Assembly: GCF_006345805.1 (NCBI RefSeq)
Contig: NC_043013.1
Coordinates: forward strand, 33,790,001 to 33,854,000
Length of the DNA: 64,000 nt
From: Octopus sinensis
Lineage: Eukaryota
Direction: 5' to 3'
Made by a program: the position numbers and the translations under genes. This document shows, piece after piece, positions 1 to 12,342 of this stretch. Numbering within the stretch: position 1 is the stretch's first letter; every line of letters starts with the position of its first letter. The notes below the pieces were generated by a model. It worked only from the letters and a program-made list of their open reading frames with translations, was not told the origin of the DNA and did not search any database.

Positions 1-336
1 TCCTTCATCATTCTTGATTATTCATTGCCCCAAACATTACGCTTGGATCCATTTCAGATTTCCAGTTGTCATCCACCCTTGTGTATTCAATGACAAATAT
101 TGATGTCTCTCTGGCATAGAACCCAGCATCATTTACTAAATGATTGGAGCTATTGCTCCTTGTTAATATACGTATTTATTTCAAACAAGGGATATGAAAT
201 CAAAACGATAACATATATGGTATTGATTTAGCATAACCCATGTGCAACGAATATGCTTGTGTGTGTGGAAATGTGTATGTATGCGTGTGTGCTTTTGTGT
301 GTTCTGCGTGATTTCATTTAAGAATAATGTTACAGA

Positions 337-372
<36 letters not shown>

Positions 373-441
373 GTGTGCATTTAGATAACATTTATACACT
401 TAAACATAAAAAGAATTCACATCCGTACGTATGTGTATATA

Positions 442-536
<95 letters not shown>

Positions 537-1707
537 GCTTGAAACATCACTCTGAATATACGCACATTGCGAAATATACATAAATATTTGAAGATAACAT
601 ATCATTCTATTTTATCTAACTCTCTCTTCACCTGTCTTCCCCCCACACACACATAGAGAAAGAGAGCGAGGGGGAGAAGGAAAGAAAGAAAGAGGGGGAA
701 AGAAAGGTGACCCGTGTATAAAGAAGAATTTGATGATCCTAAACTCAATCCGAAAAAGTAATTCCATCCACCTGTATACTGCTAATGGTTCCCTTTGCGG
801 TTGCATGCTTGTCAATACCTTTCAATTTATATTACTCTCGGCAAACGTACTCGAGGTTTTATGCATTTTTTACTGGTACCTTCCGAGTGGTCGAGCCAAA
901 AGTCGCAGTGAATTCTGACTTGAAGAATTTTAAGGAATTATTGCACGTCAATAAAAACGTATTTCTTGTAAACGGATAAAGACGAAGATACGTATGTATG
1001 TAGAATGAATGAATATAAATAAGTATACATACACACACACACACACAAACTATTTATAACTTTATATACATATATGTACATAATATTTATAATGAATATA
1101 AAATGTGTATGTAGATATAACTCTCCCCCACATACACACAGATAATGTATATGTGTATGCTATATATATATATTACGTATAGATATAAAATATATTGTGT
1201 GTGTCTGTATGTGTGTGTGTGTGTGTGTGTGTGATAGCACGTGGTTTAGTGGTTACCGAGACTGGCTGATGATTCGAAGATCAGGTGGTCTTCGAAGACC
1301 ACCTAATGATTCGAAGACAAAGGCACTTCATTTCTCTTTGCCTCACTTTACTCAAATGTGTGCGGGCGCGCTAGGTGTGTACGTTATGAGGATACATAAA
1401 TATATATTCATATATAAGCAAACATGTACGAATTATGCATCAATTATGAAACGATGGCGATTGAAATCTTGTAAATAGAATTACAAGCCTTCACCGTGCA
1501 TTGATTATAGAAAAGAATCTAATATTAGTTTATATAAGCCTGACAGTTTTTGTTCCGTTTCTAAGTTTTATATGTCCTAATATTAGAGTAATATCTGTAG
1601 TCAATATGCGGTGAAGGCTTATATTTTTAGTCGTATACATATATAAATTATATATGGGTACGTATTACCAAAAGACATTCTATTTTATATGTATATATAT
1701 ATACACG

Positions 1708-2311
1708 CGAGGTCTGATCAATAAGTATCCGGACTGTTGCCATAGTAACGAAGCTAAAGCGTGCAGAGTGAAGCTGCCAGGCAAAGGTTGACCTTGAACT
1801 CTGCTGCGCATGTGCACTACGTTTCAACGTTCTAGCACAATTCTGCTGTTTACAGCAGTGCTTGGAAAAAAGGTGTGCAACGTGTGATCGTTGCAGTCAC
1901 CATGACAGAGATAGTTGTCATGGCAATACCTGCTCAGTCCTGCGCAAAGTGGCAGAAAGTGTATGGAGAGGAGTGTATAAGCCGCACACAGGTGTACGAG
2001 TGGTTCAGACGTTTCCAAGACAGTCGAAAAAATGTCGATATTGATGAACGTTCTGGGAGACCCGCAACTAGCTGAACTGAGAAAAACATCGCAGATGTGC
2101 GTGCAGCTACGAGGGCAAATCTTTGAATCACCATCCGTGAGCAATTAAAGGATGTGCAGATTAGTTATTGTTCAGTTCAGTCCATTATCACTGAAGATTT
2201 GGGCATGAGAAGCGTGTCTGCACAGTTTGTGCCAAAACTGCTTTCCACTGACCAAAAACACACTTGGGTTTCAGTTGTACAAGGTCTACTTGATTGTGTT
2301 GAGAACGATGA
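1708..2311 (+). mobile_element. Truncated, decayed mariner (Tc1/mariner) DNA transposon: left TIR plus N-terminal transposase
   Basis: TIR-like CGAGGTCTGATCAATAAGTATCCGGACTG at 1708. One reading frame from ATG 1902 with two in-frame stops reads VYGEECISRTQVYEWFRRF...DERSGRPATS*...EDLGMRSVSAQFVPKLL (HTH region plus WVPHEL-like motif). It is cut at about 2312 by a family C SINE and has no DD34D domain. Confidence 0.9.
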
Positions 2312-2313
2312 AA

Positions 2314-2344
<31 letters not shown>

Positions 2345-2412
2345 TCACTGTCTAGAATCGAACTCGGAATCTGGGGTTAGTAGCCAACGTTCTTAACTAC
2401 TACGCCATGTGC
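2312..2412 (-). mobile_element. SINE family C, partial (tRNA-like head plus (AAT)n)
   Basis: Reverse complement of the head seen at 2482-2590 (ATGGCGTAGT...GAGTTCGATT...CAGTGACCTGAATAATAAT). Confidence 0.85.
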
Positions 2413-2481
2413 TCATGGAGTGAATTTTAGGGCTTATAAATCTAATATTTTCCTATCCTTCCTAAAATTCACTCCATAATT

Positions 2482-2747
2482 GCCCGCGGGTATATGGCGT
2501 AGTGGTTAAGAGCGTTGGCTTACTGATTCCGAGTTCGATTCCAAGCAGTGACCTGAATAATAATAATATTAATAATAATAATAATATCGAAAAGTACCTT
2601 AGGAATGAGAACCCAGGTTCGAAATTTCCCCATAACACCTGATGAAGGCTGGAGGGTATATCAGTCGGAATGTTGTGTTAACAACAAACAAGATGAGGTC
2701 AAATGTAAATAATGTACATAATTTCTCATTTCTTAAATATAGAACTG

Positions 2748-2748
<1 letters not shown>
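2482..2748 (+). mobile_element. SINE family C, full length (tRNA head, internal (AAT)n, hammerhead-like tail)
   Basis: A box TGGCGTAGTGG, B box GAGTTCGATTCC; homologous to 6417-6722 and 6135-6403. Confidence 0.85.
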
Positions 2749-2840
<92 letters not shown>

Positions 2841-3177
2841 TGTGAGGGGACGTAAGTATATGCGGGTCTCTCGATGTTACAAACTTTCTCCAAATTTCAG
2901 CATTTCATTACCAATGCTACATTTTAATAATAGCCGTCGTCAATCAGGCTAATTGTGTACCTGTTTCTATTCATGAAGTTGTCTACCTTAAATGCTGTTA
3001 ATCTGAAAATCATGGAGAATCATAAGAAGTCAATACGAGTAAATTGACCCAGGGACTTATATTGTATTGAACGTATCAGATTGCTTGGCGACACAAGGCT
3101 TGTTATAAAAACTTGTCTTGACACGTGTCTCCAAAGCATGAAACTATTTGTAGCTGGTATTTTTATATATGTACATG

Positions 3178-3247
<70 letters not shown>

Positions 3248-3883
3248 TTAGAAATGCGTACTTCAGTTTTCGTTTGTTAACATGTAACTAAACACAACAC
3301 TTTATACCACTAAATCCTGTACCCCCAATGTTTGAGTTCAGTTCCTTGCAGTATTTAATTTATCTATCATGGCAATAATACTGTGTAGACAAATCGTTCA
3401 AATGTTTACTGTCTTTTATAAAAATTTGCCTTTTACATTGCCAAATTATTATTGGTTATATTCTATCACAAAAATAGCTCTTCTTTATTTTCTCCGTTAT
3501 GTTTTTTGAATTTTGTAGTTGTGTGTTTTTGTGAAACGAGAAAGAGAGCAAGATGGCGAAAAAAGATATAAATATTCTCTTGAGATAATAAGTCGTTATA
3601 TATCCATCTATTATGAAAATAATTAAAGACGTTTAATTAAACGTGTCTTACTTAATCCCTGATGTATAAGTGTCTACATTTGAATTAATTACATGTCAGA
3701 TTTTAATGCATTCTAAAATTTCTTACACGACATCCATCTTTTGCAAATTTCAAAGATAACTATATAAATAATAACGATATTGTAATTAACGCAGCAGGAG
3801 GAGAATTAAATTCCCGTAAAATCGAACAAGCAGAGCGGTTTCAATTACTGACTGGCTTTGCGTAAATAATATCCTTTCTTCCA

Positions 3884-5430
3884 TAAACACAAAAACCAAC
3901 AATTTTGAGGGAAGGGGCTTGTCGGTTACATCAACCCCAGTGGTCAACAGGTCCTTTATTGGTCTTGAAGGAATAATTGGCCAAGCTGACCCCGGTAGCA
4001 TTAGAATTCAGAACGTTAAGTCAGAAGAAATACTGCTAAGCTCACCGCCTTACCGTAAATAATATCGGTTTCAATTTTTTTAATCTTTTCTACTCGAGGT
4101 ACAAAGCCCAACATTTTGGGGAAGGGGCCAGTCGATTAGATCGAGCCCAATACGCAACTGGTACTTAATTTATCGACCTCGAAATGATGTAAGGCAAAGT
4201 CGACCTCAGTAGAATTTGAACTCAAAACGTAAAGACAGACGAAATACCACTAAGCATTTCACCGACCGTGATAGCGTTTCTGCCAGTTCGCCGCCTTAGA
4301 AAATAAAAATATTTATTTTTTATTGTCCACAGTGGGGCTAAATATAGAGGGGACAAACAAGGACAGACAAAGGGATTAAGTCAATCATATCGACCACAGT
4401 GTGTAACTGGTACTTAATTTATCGACCCCGAAAGGATGAAAGGCAAATTCGACCTCGACGGAATTTGAACTCAGAACTTAAAAACAGATAAAATACCGCT
4501 AACCATTTCACCCGGCGTGCTAACGTTTCTGCCAGCTCGCTGCCTCACAATATAAAAATATTGTTTTCTACTCTAGACACGAGGCCCGAAATTTTTGGGG
4601 AGGGGGTTCAGTCGATTAGGTCGACCCCAATGCTCAACTGATACTTAATTCATCGACCCTGAAAGGATGAAAGGTAATGTCGACCTTGGCGAATTTGAAC
4701 TCAGAACGTAAAGATAGACGAAATGCTGCTAAGCATTTCGCCCAGCGTGCTAACGTTTCTGAAAGCTCGCCGCCTTACAAAATAAAAAAAATATTGAATA
4801 CGTTCTTGCCTTGTAGTGGATACCTAGTACTACGGTGTGTATCTTTATTTCCTAGCTGTACACCTCGTTTTTATTTCGTCTGCCGTTACGTTTTGAGTTC
4901 AAATTCCGGCGTGGTCGAATTTACCGTTTTTCCTTTCGGGGTCGATAAATTAAGTACCAGTTGCCTACTTGGGTTGATCTAATCGACTGCCCCCCTCCCC
5001 AAAAATTTCGGGCCTTTTGCAGAAAAGAATATTGGTTTAAAATTTTAACATAACGCCAGCAATTTCGGGGTTTGGAGTGAATTTGATTCATCTATCCAGT
5101 GCTCAACTTGTACTAATTTTATCATTCCCTAAAGGATCAAGGGTAAAGTTGACACCGATGGAATTTGAACTCCGAACGTAAAGACGGACGAAATGCCTCT
5201 AAGCATTTTGCCTGGCGTGCTAACGATTCTGCCAGCTCGACGTCTTAGACATAGGTTTCAAATTTTGGTACAATGTTAGGAGAGGGGCTAGGTCGATTAC
5301 ATTGACCCTAGTGTGCAACTGGAACTTATTTTATCGACCCCCGCAAAAATGAAGGGTAAAGTAGACCTCGGCGGAATTTGAACTCAGAATGTAACGAGAG
5401 AGAAAATTCCACAAAGCATTTTGTCCAATG
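3884..5430. mobile_element. Cluster of about 7 SINE family B copies (six on minus, one on plus at about 4845-5025)
   Basis: Repeated core ACTGGTACTTAATTTATCGACCCCGAAAGGATGAAAGGCAAAGTCGACCTCGGCGGAATTTGAACTCAGAACG; tRNA-like B box GAGTTCAAATTCC on the coding strand. Confidence 0.9.
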
Positions 5431-6134
5431 TACTACAAAGACGGGGTAGTCATATTTGGAATGCACATAGAGACACTGAGTCAAGTAGTTAAACAAAAAT
5501 AGCAACTATGGTTCTCTATGCAGTGTCCTTTCCAGTTAGAAAGCGCATCCAAATCTCCATTAAACTTAATCATTCCTCCAGACAGAACACATCTAGTTAT
5601 GTGCTCCTGAGAATTCTCTTGATTAAAATTTTGCTGAATTAAGGCCCGACCAGTGCTAAACAAAGCAACTCTTAATACAATTAAATTTCTTCTACTCTAG
5701 CTCGGCCTGTTAAAAAAAGCAGCCAAATAACTCTCAGATTAAACCATCACCACGTTAAAAATAGTCTGAGAAATTCTCTGAAAACTACAAAATATAGAAA
5801 TACAAATAGACGGGATGCTTTATCATAGATTTTCTCAATCCAGTTTGACCCAGAACTAGATAACTACAACAACAATAATAAAGTACATTTTGCTGATGTA
5901 CGTAACTCTATGCAGTCGAGTAGCTTACTAGAAATAGCAGCTAAATCTATCTCCCTATAGAAACCTTTAATCATAAAGAAAGGACGCATACACTGATAGA
6001 ATCTTCGATACCCAAAAACCGAAGACTAGGATATTTAACATTGTAATCTTACTCAACCACGGTTGAACAAAGGCTAAAAGACGAACAAGCAAAAAACTCT
6101 CAGATATTTAAAACATTAGAGTAATGTATACATT

Positions 6135-6403
6135 ACAGTTCTATATTTAAGAGATGAGGAATTATGTACATTATTTGCATTATTTGCATTTGAAGGATAT
6201 TTATCCACATCATGTTTGTTGTTAACACAACGTTTCGGCTGTTATACCCTCCAGCCTTCATCAGGTGTCTTGGGGAAATTTCGTACTTGGGTTCGCCTTC
6301 CTAAGGTAATTTTCTATGTTGTTGTTATCATTATTATTATTATTATTATTATTATTTAGGTCACTGACTGTTATTCGAACTCGGAATCTTGGGGTTAGTA
6401 GCC
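6135..6403 (-). mobile_element. SINE family C (slightly 5'-truncated), left arm of an inverted pair
   Basis: Reverse complement of 6440-6722 and of 2500-2748. Confidence 0.85.
6224..6269 (-). ncRNA. Minimal type I hammerhead-ribozyme-like motif in the SINE C tail
   Basis: Minus strand reads GACAC-CTGATGA-A-GGCTG(gagggtataa)CAGCC-GAAA-CG-TT-GTGTT. Stem I is GACAC/GTGTT, stem II is 5 bp, and stem III is reduced to the palindrome AACGTT. Confidence 0.55.
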
Positions 6404-6416
6404 TCTGTGCTATTAT

Positions 6417-6493
6417 GCCCACGGGCTTATGGCGTAGTGGTTAAGAGCTTGGGCTACTAACCCCAAGATCACGAATTCGATTCCAGGCAGTGA

Positions 6494-6562
<69 letters not shown>

Positions 6563-6722
6563 CAACAACATTGACAAAAAAACCTTAGGAAGGAGAACCC
6601 AGGTTCGAAATTTCCCCAAGATACCTGATGAAGACCGGAGGGTAAATCAGCCGAAACGCTGTGTTAACAACAAACAAAGTGAAGGAAAGAATATCCATCA
6701 AATGTAAATAATATAATGTATA
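6417..6722 (+). mobile_element. SINE family C, right arm of the inverted pair
   Basis: A box TGGCGTAGTGG, B-box-like GAATTCGATTCC, long internal (AAT)n, tail CCTGATGAAG...CCGAAACG. Confidence 0.85.
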
Positions 6723-6811
6723 CAATATTGGACTGCTGAAGTGTTGGATTAATATAATATACACCATACAATTAAATCTACTAATCAGGAATACTTAGAG
6801 GAAACATGATT

Positions 6812-6964
6812 ACTGGTTTGCTTACGTCCTCGTAGCTTAACGGTTCGGCAAAAGAATCGATAGAAAAATTACCGGGTTTTAAATCATGATTACTGGGGTT
6901 GATTTGTGTGTAGATTTCTTTCAAGGTGCTCCAGCATGGACGCAGTCTAATGACTGAAACAAGA
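6812..6964 (+). mobile_element. SINE family A, diverged 3' fragment
   Basis: Matches the family A tail (CGGTTCGGCAAAAGA...GGTGCTCCAGCATGG...AATGACTGAAACAAG). Confidence 0.75.
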
Positions 6965-6995
6965 TGTACAATACAGACAGTCAGACAGACAGCAT

Positions 6996-7405
6996 AGGAG
7001 TGACTGTGTGGTAACTAACTTGCTTACCAACCACATGGTTCCGGGTTCTGTCCCACTGTGTGGCACTTTGAGGCAAGTGTTTTCTATTATAGCTTCGAGC
7101 CGACCAAAGCTTTGTGAGTGGATTTGGTAGACAGAAACTGAAAGAAGCCCGTCGTATATATGTATAAATGTATATATGTATGTGTGTCTATATGTCTGTG
7201 TGCCTGTGTTTGTCCCCCCCCCCCACAACATCACTTGACAACCAATGCTGGTGTGTTAAATGTCACCGTAACTAGCGGTTCGGCAAAAGTGACCGATAGA
7301 ATAAGTACTAGGTTTACAAAGAATAAGTCCTGGGGTCGATTTGCTCGACTAAAAGCTGTGCTCCAGCATGGCCACAGTTAAATGATTGAAACAAGTAAAA
7401 GAGTA
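6996..7405 (+). mobile_element. SINE family A, full length
   Basis: tRNA-like head (GGAGTGACTGTGTGG...GGTTCTGTCCC), core, internal TA/TG microsatellite, tail ending AAGTAAAAGAGTA; many homologues in the window. Confidence 0.9.
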
Positions 7406-7773
7406 GACAGATGCACTTACACGCATACATAATGAATATACATCGCATGCATTTTAGATGCATTGTGTACAATATACACCAGCATCATATGTAGATACAT
7501 ACATACATGTCTGTGTATGTATGCATGTATGTATATGTGTATGTAGTATATGTGTATATATATATACACACACATAGATAGATAAATATACATATATACA
7601 CACGTACACACACACACATACATACATACATACACACACACATACATACATACATACATACATACATACATACATACATACATACATACATACACACATT
7701 TATAGACTCAAGTGCGCACATTGCTGAAAATCTGAGCCTGCTTTTCTGTTTCTGTGAGCATGTTTGTATAAAT

Positions 7774-7825
<52 letters not shown>

Positions 7826-8289
7826 TAATACTATTTTTGCTTTTCTTTAATTTTTCTATTTTTTTCTTTCGTTTTATATATATATATATTTTTTTTTTTT
7901 TTCTCCTTTTTGCTGCAAAGTTTACTTTTACTTTGAAATCTCCACAGTGAAATAGTTTTACAACAACAACCACAACAACATGATGTTGGGAAGCAATGGA
8001 AATACAGAGGAGTGTGTGACAGAGAGAGAGAGAGAGAGGAAAGGAACAAGATGGAAAAACAACAACAAAAACAGAAACAGCAGCAGGAGCAACATTAGCA
8101 ACAAAACGTAGCAAACCTATATGGTTCTCCATTAATGGAATCCTATTACAGAAATAATTGTAATTAGGAGAAGCTCTAATCAGGCAAACAGCATCTGTCT
8201 TACTTGACAAATATACGAATCCCATGATATCTAATGATGGATATCGGTATGAAACAAACCGATGAACAATTGTGTTTAGGTTTGCACTA

Positions 8290-8311
8290 AACTACCACCA
8301 CGGCAACCACC

Positions 8312-8357
<46 letters not shown>

Positions 8358-8990
8358 ATTCCATAACCGTCACCACAGTCTCCATTGCGACCGCCGTTGA
8401 AACCATTATCACAACTAAGCACATCTGCAATCTTTACCACCATCGTCACAATCACCAGTACAACTACCACCACCACCACCACCACAGCGAACACGATTAA
8501 CTAACCACCAATAACGGACAGTACGGCTATAACATGCACCACCACCACCACTACCACCATTACCTTAGTCAAAACCACCGCACAAATGACATCACCGCCA
8601 CAACGAACACCACTGCTACAATGAATACATCTACCTACCTCAACGAACAATACGGTTATAACGTGTACCACCACCACCACAACAGTCGACACCGCCGCAC
8701 ACACGTCATCAACGCTACAACGAATACAACTACCCGCCACAACGAATGCTACGGTTATAACGTGTACCACCACCACTGCCACCATCACCACCACCACCAC
8801 CGCAACAACGAGTACAACTACCCACCACAACGACCGCTACGGTTATAACGTGTACCACCACCGCCACAATCATCACCACCATCCCACAGTAAACACTACC
8901 GCACAACAAACATAACCGCCACAACGAACGCCACTGCTATAACGAATGCAACCGCAACAACGAACACTACCACCACCACCACCGCCATCA
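8290..8990. repeat. (ACC)n/(ACT)n low-complexity tract with a degenerate minisatellite of roughly 90-130 bp
   Basis: CGGTTATAACGTGTACCACCACC recurs at about 8653, 8751 and 8839, with variants at about 8523 and 8935. Confidence 0.8.
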
Positions 8991-9237
8991 TAGCTAACTT
9001 CGCAGCCATGAGATCCTCTGTTTATTAGTAGCGCGTGAAATCTTTGGCAAATGTCATATTCTGTGGCTTAGATTCGATCCATTCGTAGTAAGTAAAAATG
9101 GGCGGACGAAAACTGTATAGCAGCTCACCTGGTGGATCTTTACCTGTCATAGAAAACGTCTAATATTGTCATAGTCTTTGTCACATTCGCTCTTCCAGAC
9201 AGTTACATTATTAATACAGATTATTAGTAAACAGTCA

Positions 9238-9610
9238 CAGGCGTGACGGTGTGGTAAGAAGCTTGCTTCCCACTGTGTGACATCTTTGACGAGAGCCTTC
9301 TGCTGGTCTTGGACCAAGCAAAACCTTGTAAGAGGATTCGGTAGACGAAAACTGAAACAAGCCCGTCGTATATGTGAATATCTATGTATGTCTCTTTGTG
9401 GCATTGTTTGTCCTCCACCATCACTTGACAACAGGTGTTGCTGTGTTTACGTCTCTGTAACTTAGCGGTTCGGCATAATACACCGATACAATAAGTACAA
9501 GGCTTTAATAAAAAAAAAAATGGTCCCGGAGTCGATGTTTGACTAAAACCTGTCAAGGCGATGCCCCAGCATGGCCGCAATCAAACAACCGAAACAAGTA
9601 AAAGATAAAA
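9238..9610 (+). mobile_element. SINE family A, full length
   Basis: Colinear homology to 6996-7405. Confidence 0.85.
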
Positions 9611-10448
9611 GAAAGAAGATAATGTCTGTGGAATACTCAGTCATTTACACGTAAATTAAGGAGTAGATTATTTAGATGATCAAAGACGGGAATCCTCATC
9701 GTCGAACGACGAGAGACCAGGTATACACAAATATATATACACACACACACACGGACACACATACATGCACAGACGCACTATCATATTAAGCAGCATGCAA
9801 TGGCTGTAGCATGAAATGTTCTTTAATTCTCTTAACAGAATATTTTGTTTCTTTAATACTTTCCGATGTGTTAATTGTTAATGTCTGCCATTCATATTCT
9901 TTGCCTCTGACGATTCAGCTAATTTTTACTTTAGAGTAATTTTATTTCATTTCAAAGTTTTAACACTTTACAAATATGAACAGTAACTCTCTTAAATTTT
10001 CTCTTTTTCTTGTAAACTGTGAAAGAAATATGTAATGCAATTAAAAATAGTAAACCAACACCTGAACAGAAAGCGCTTCAACAAACTGAACAGCTTCAAT
10101 GTGCCAAAATAATTAGGACAACTGAAACAGCGTAGAAAAACTCGAGTACGGCTGGTTGTGTAGCGAGCTACGACGTTGTAAAAAAAAGTTTAGTTCTCGT
10201 GGTTACTTTTATCATTTACTGCTGTATCTGTTGAAAATGAATGGGGAGAAACCGGATATTGTGATTTAAATGAATTAACTAATATTTTAATCAAGAACAG
10301 GTAAGCTGTAGTTCTTTTTATCAAGGTAGTTAGACATATTGTTGATTTACATTATTGATGCCAAGTGCCAACCTTGAATATTTACTTAAAGAACATGCCT
10401 GGTACACACATGCGCACACTGAAAACCACCTTCTCCACGCATATATAT

Positions 10449-10624
10449 AAATTTAGAGGACGGACTACTAAAGTGGAAAGCCTATATGCTAAACATAGAC
10501 GTCAAATCGCCATTACCACGAAGAATGTGTTCTCAAGAAAAATCTCAGTAAAAAACCCAAAAACATTTGACGCCTATATTTAGCATATAGGCTGTCCACT
10601 TTAAGTGGTCAGTCCTCTAAATTT
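10449..10624. mobile_element. Short fold-back / MITE-like element (about 60-bp inverted arms, about 57-bp spacer)
   Basis: 10449-10507 AAATTTAGAGGACGGACTACTAAAGTGGAAAGCCTATATGCTAAACATAGACGTCAAAT is the near reverse complement of 10565-10624. Confidence 0.7.
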
Positions 10625-12342
10625 TGTATGTAACACAATTTTTAATCTTCGGATTTTTTTTAAAATATGCTAAGCCACTGGTTTTAATTGATTAATATCA
10701 ATTTCTACTCTTATCAGCTGAAATTGCGAAGATGATCCTGTTCTTGTCTGAAGATTGAAGGCTTCGAATGTCCCGTCCGTGTTTTTTGTATCGTCTTCTA
10801 AATGTTTTGCGCTCTTGTCCCAGTTTGTATTTTTTTTACATATATATATATATATAAAGATCCAGGGATCGAGGTGTATGAAGAAAGTTAGCTTCAAAGA
10901 ATCTGTAGTAAATATAAAATACAACTTTCAGGGACAATAGTGGTTTATTGAGAGGGAAGGTTATAGATTTTTTTTGTATATAAACTGAAAAAAGTTCTTT
11001 TTAGATTTCACGACAGGCGATCAGGGTTGCTTGGTATGCGAATAAGAATACAAGAGTTAAAGAATGGAGTAGATAAGATCCGGGCTATATATATTTCTTA
11101 GCGAGCGGAACCTCGGAAGTGATGAATATCCAAGTGAGGTGCATACCGCAGGCTATTCTTCAGGCCAAGCATATCTTGATTAAATGGAAGTTTACATAGT
11201 CGCAAAGAGGTACATGTTTACATATGGAAGATTCCTTCAGAATGTATAGAAAGCCTAGTAGGAGTGGAGAATATAAATGTAGAGAGAAAGAAGGAAAAAT
11301 GAAAAAAAAATCATTAGGAAGTGAGAGGAATGAGGAATTTAAGTAAGGTCAATTGATCGGTAGTATGCAATAAAGCCATAAAAACCAGATACTATGAGAG
11401 GTGAATATATTTATATAACAGCTTATCCTTAGGATTACGGCTGTTTCGCAGCCTTCATGTAATGATAATTTCAGTGCAAAATAAATTACGTTTCCATACC
11501 TGCGCTAATATGCGTGCCACGCATTATACAATACAATTGTATATTTACAAACTAGTGCAGATAAAGAAAGCTATCTCAGCGAAACACCAGAACATCATGG
11601 TTACATCATATATACAATGTATATGTAGGGTGACTTCACAAATACTAGTAGCTCGTTGTCACAGAATCTCTTTCTCTGTATAGCGTCACTATAGAATGTG
11701 TTAAGCTTTAGTGGCTAAACAATAGCAGTGGTTTAATAACTCGACTGCAGCAAACACTAATTGAATACCGCTCGTTATAACTAAACTCATCGACATGCTA
11801 ACTGTCAAATCTTTCCTACGAGTTCCTCTAATTTTGTTTCTGGCTTTCGTTTGCTGATTCTTGACATAAGACAACGATCATTCTGGGGCAACAACGTCAA
11901 TGCTTTTAGTTGACTAAATCAACCTCAGCAGGAAATTTCGTTTCATTCTACTCGTAAAATACGAATTAAAAGGTGAAGTAGGCTTTTCCATGAGGAAAAC
12001 TTAGTCGGTTAGGAATACCGCTGGGTACTTCTTTTATAAAGTACCAGTTTCCACTTCACACAGAAATTAATACAAAGGCAGCACACACACACAAAAACAA
12101 ACAAAAAAACGCTGAACACATACATGTGCTAGGGTCGATGTAATCGACTACCTACCCCTACTAGCTACCCCTACTGCCCCCCCCCCTAATTGCTGGCTTT
12201 GTGCAAAAATTTAAAACCAATATTTTGTTACAAGTAATTATCAGTGAAAGATAAACTCGTACAAGCAGTCAACAACCGATGGCTCTTATTAAACAAAAAG
12301 AAACAATATCAGTTTATGAACACAGTCAGTCATTGCTCCCAC

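Noticed and set aside
5700-6080. Short dispersed CTAGAAATAGCAGC(C/T)AAAT-like words (also about 25540, 25790, 30400 and 61890)
   Set aside because: Probably relics of another old repeat, but boundaries and class cannot be defined from this window.
10775-10815. CTGAAGA...CTTCGAATGTC hammerhead-like string
   Set aside because: GAAT instead of GAAA, no viable stem II loop and no stem I.
11190-11260. Possible CR1 C-terminal remnant (..YIWKI..)
   Set aside because: Too short, and it needs frameshifts to match RRERY.IIY.WKI.
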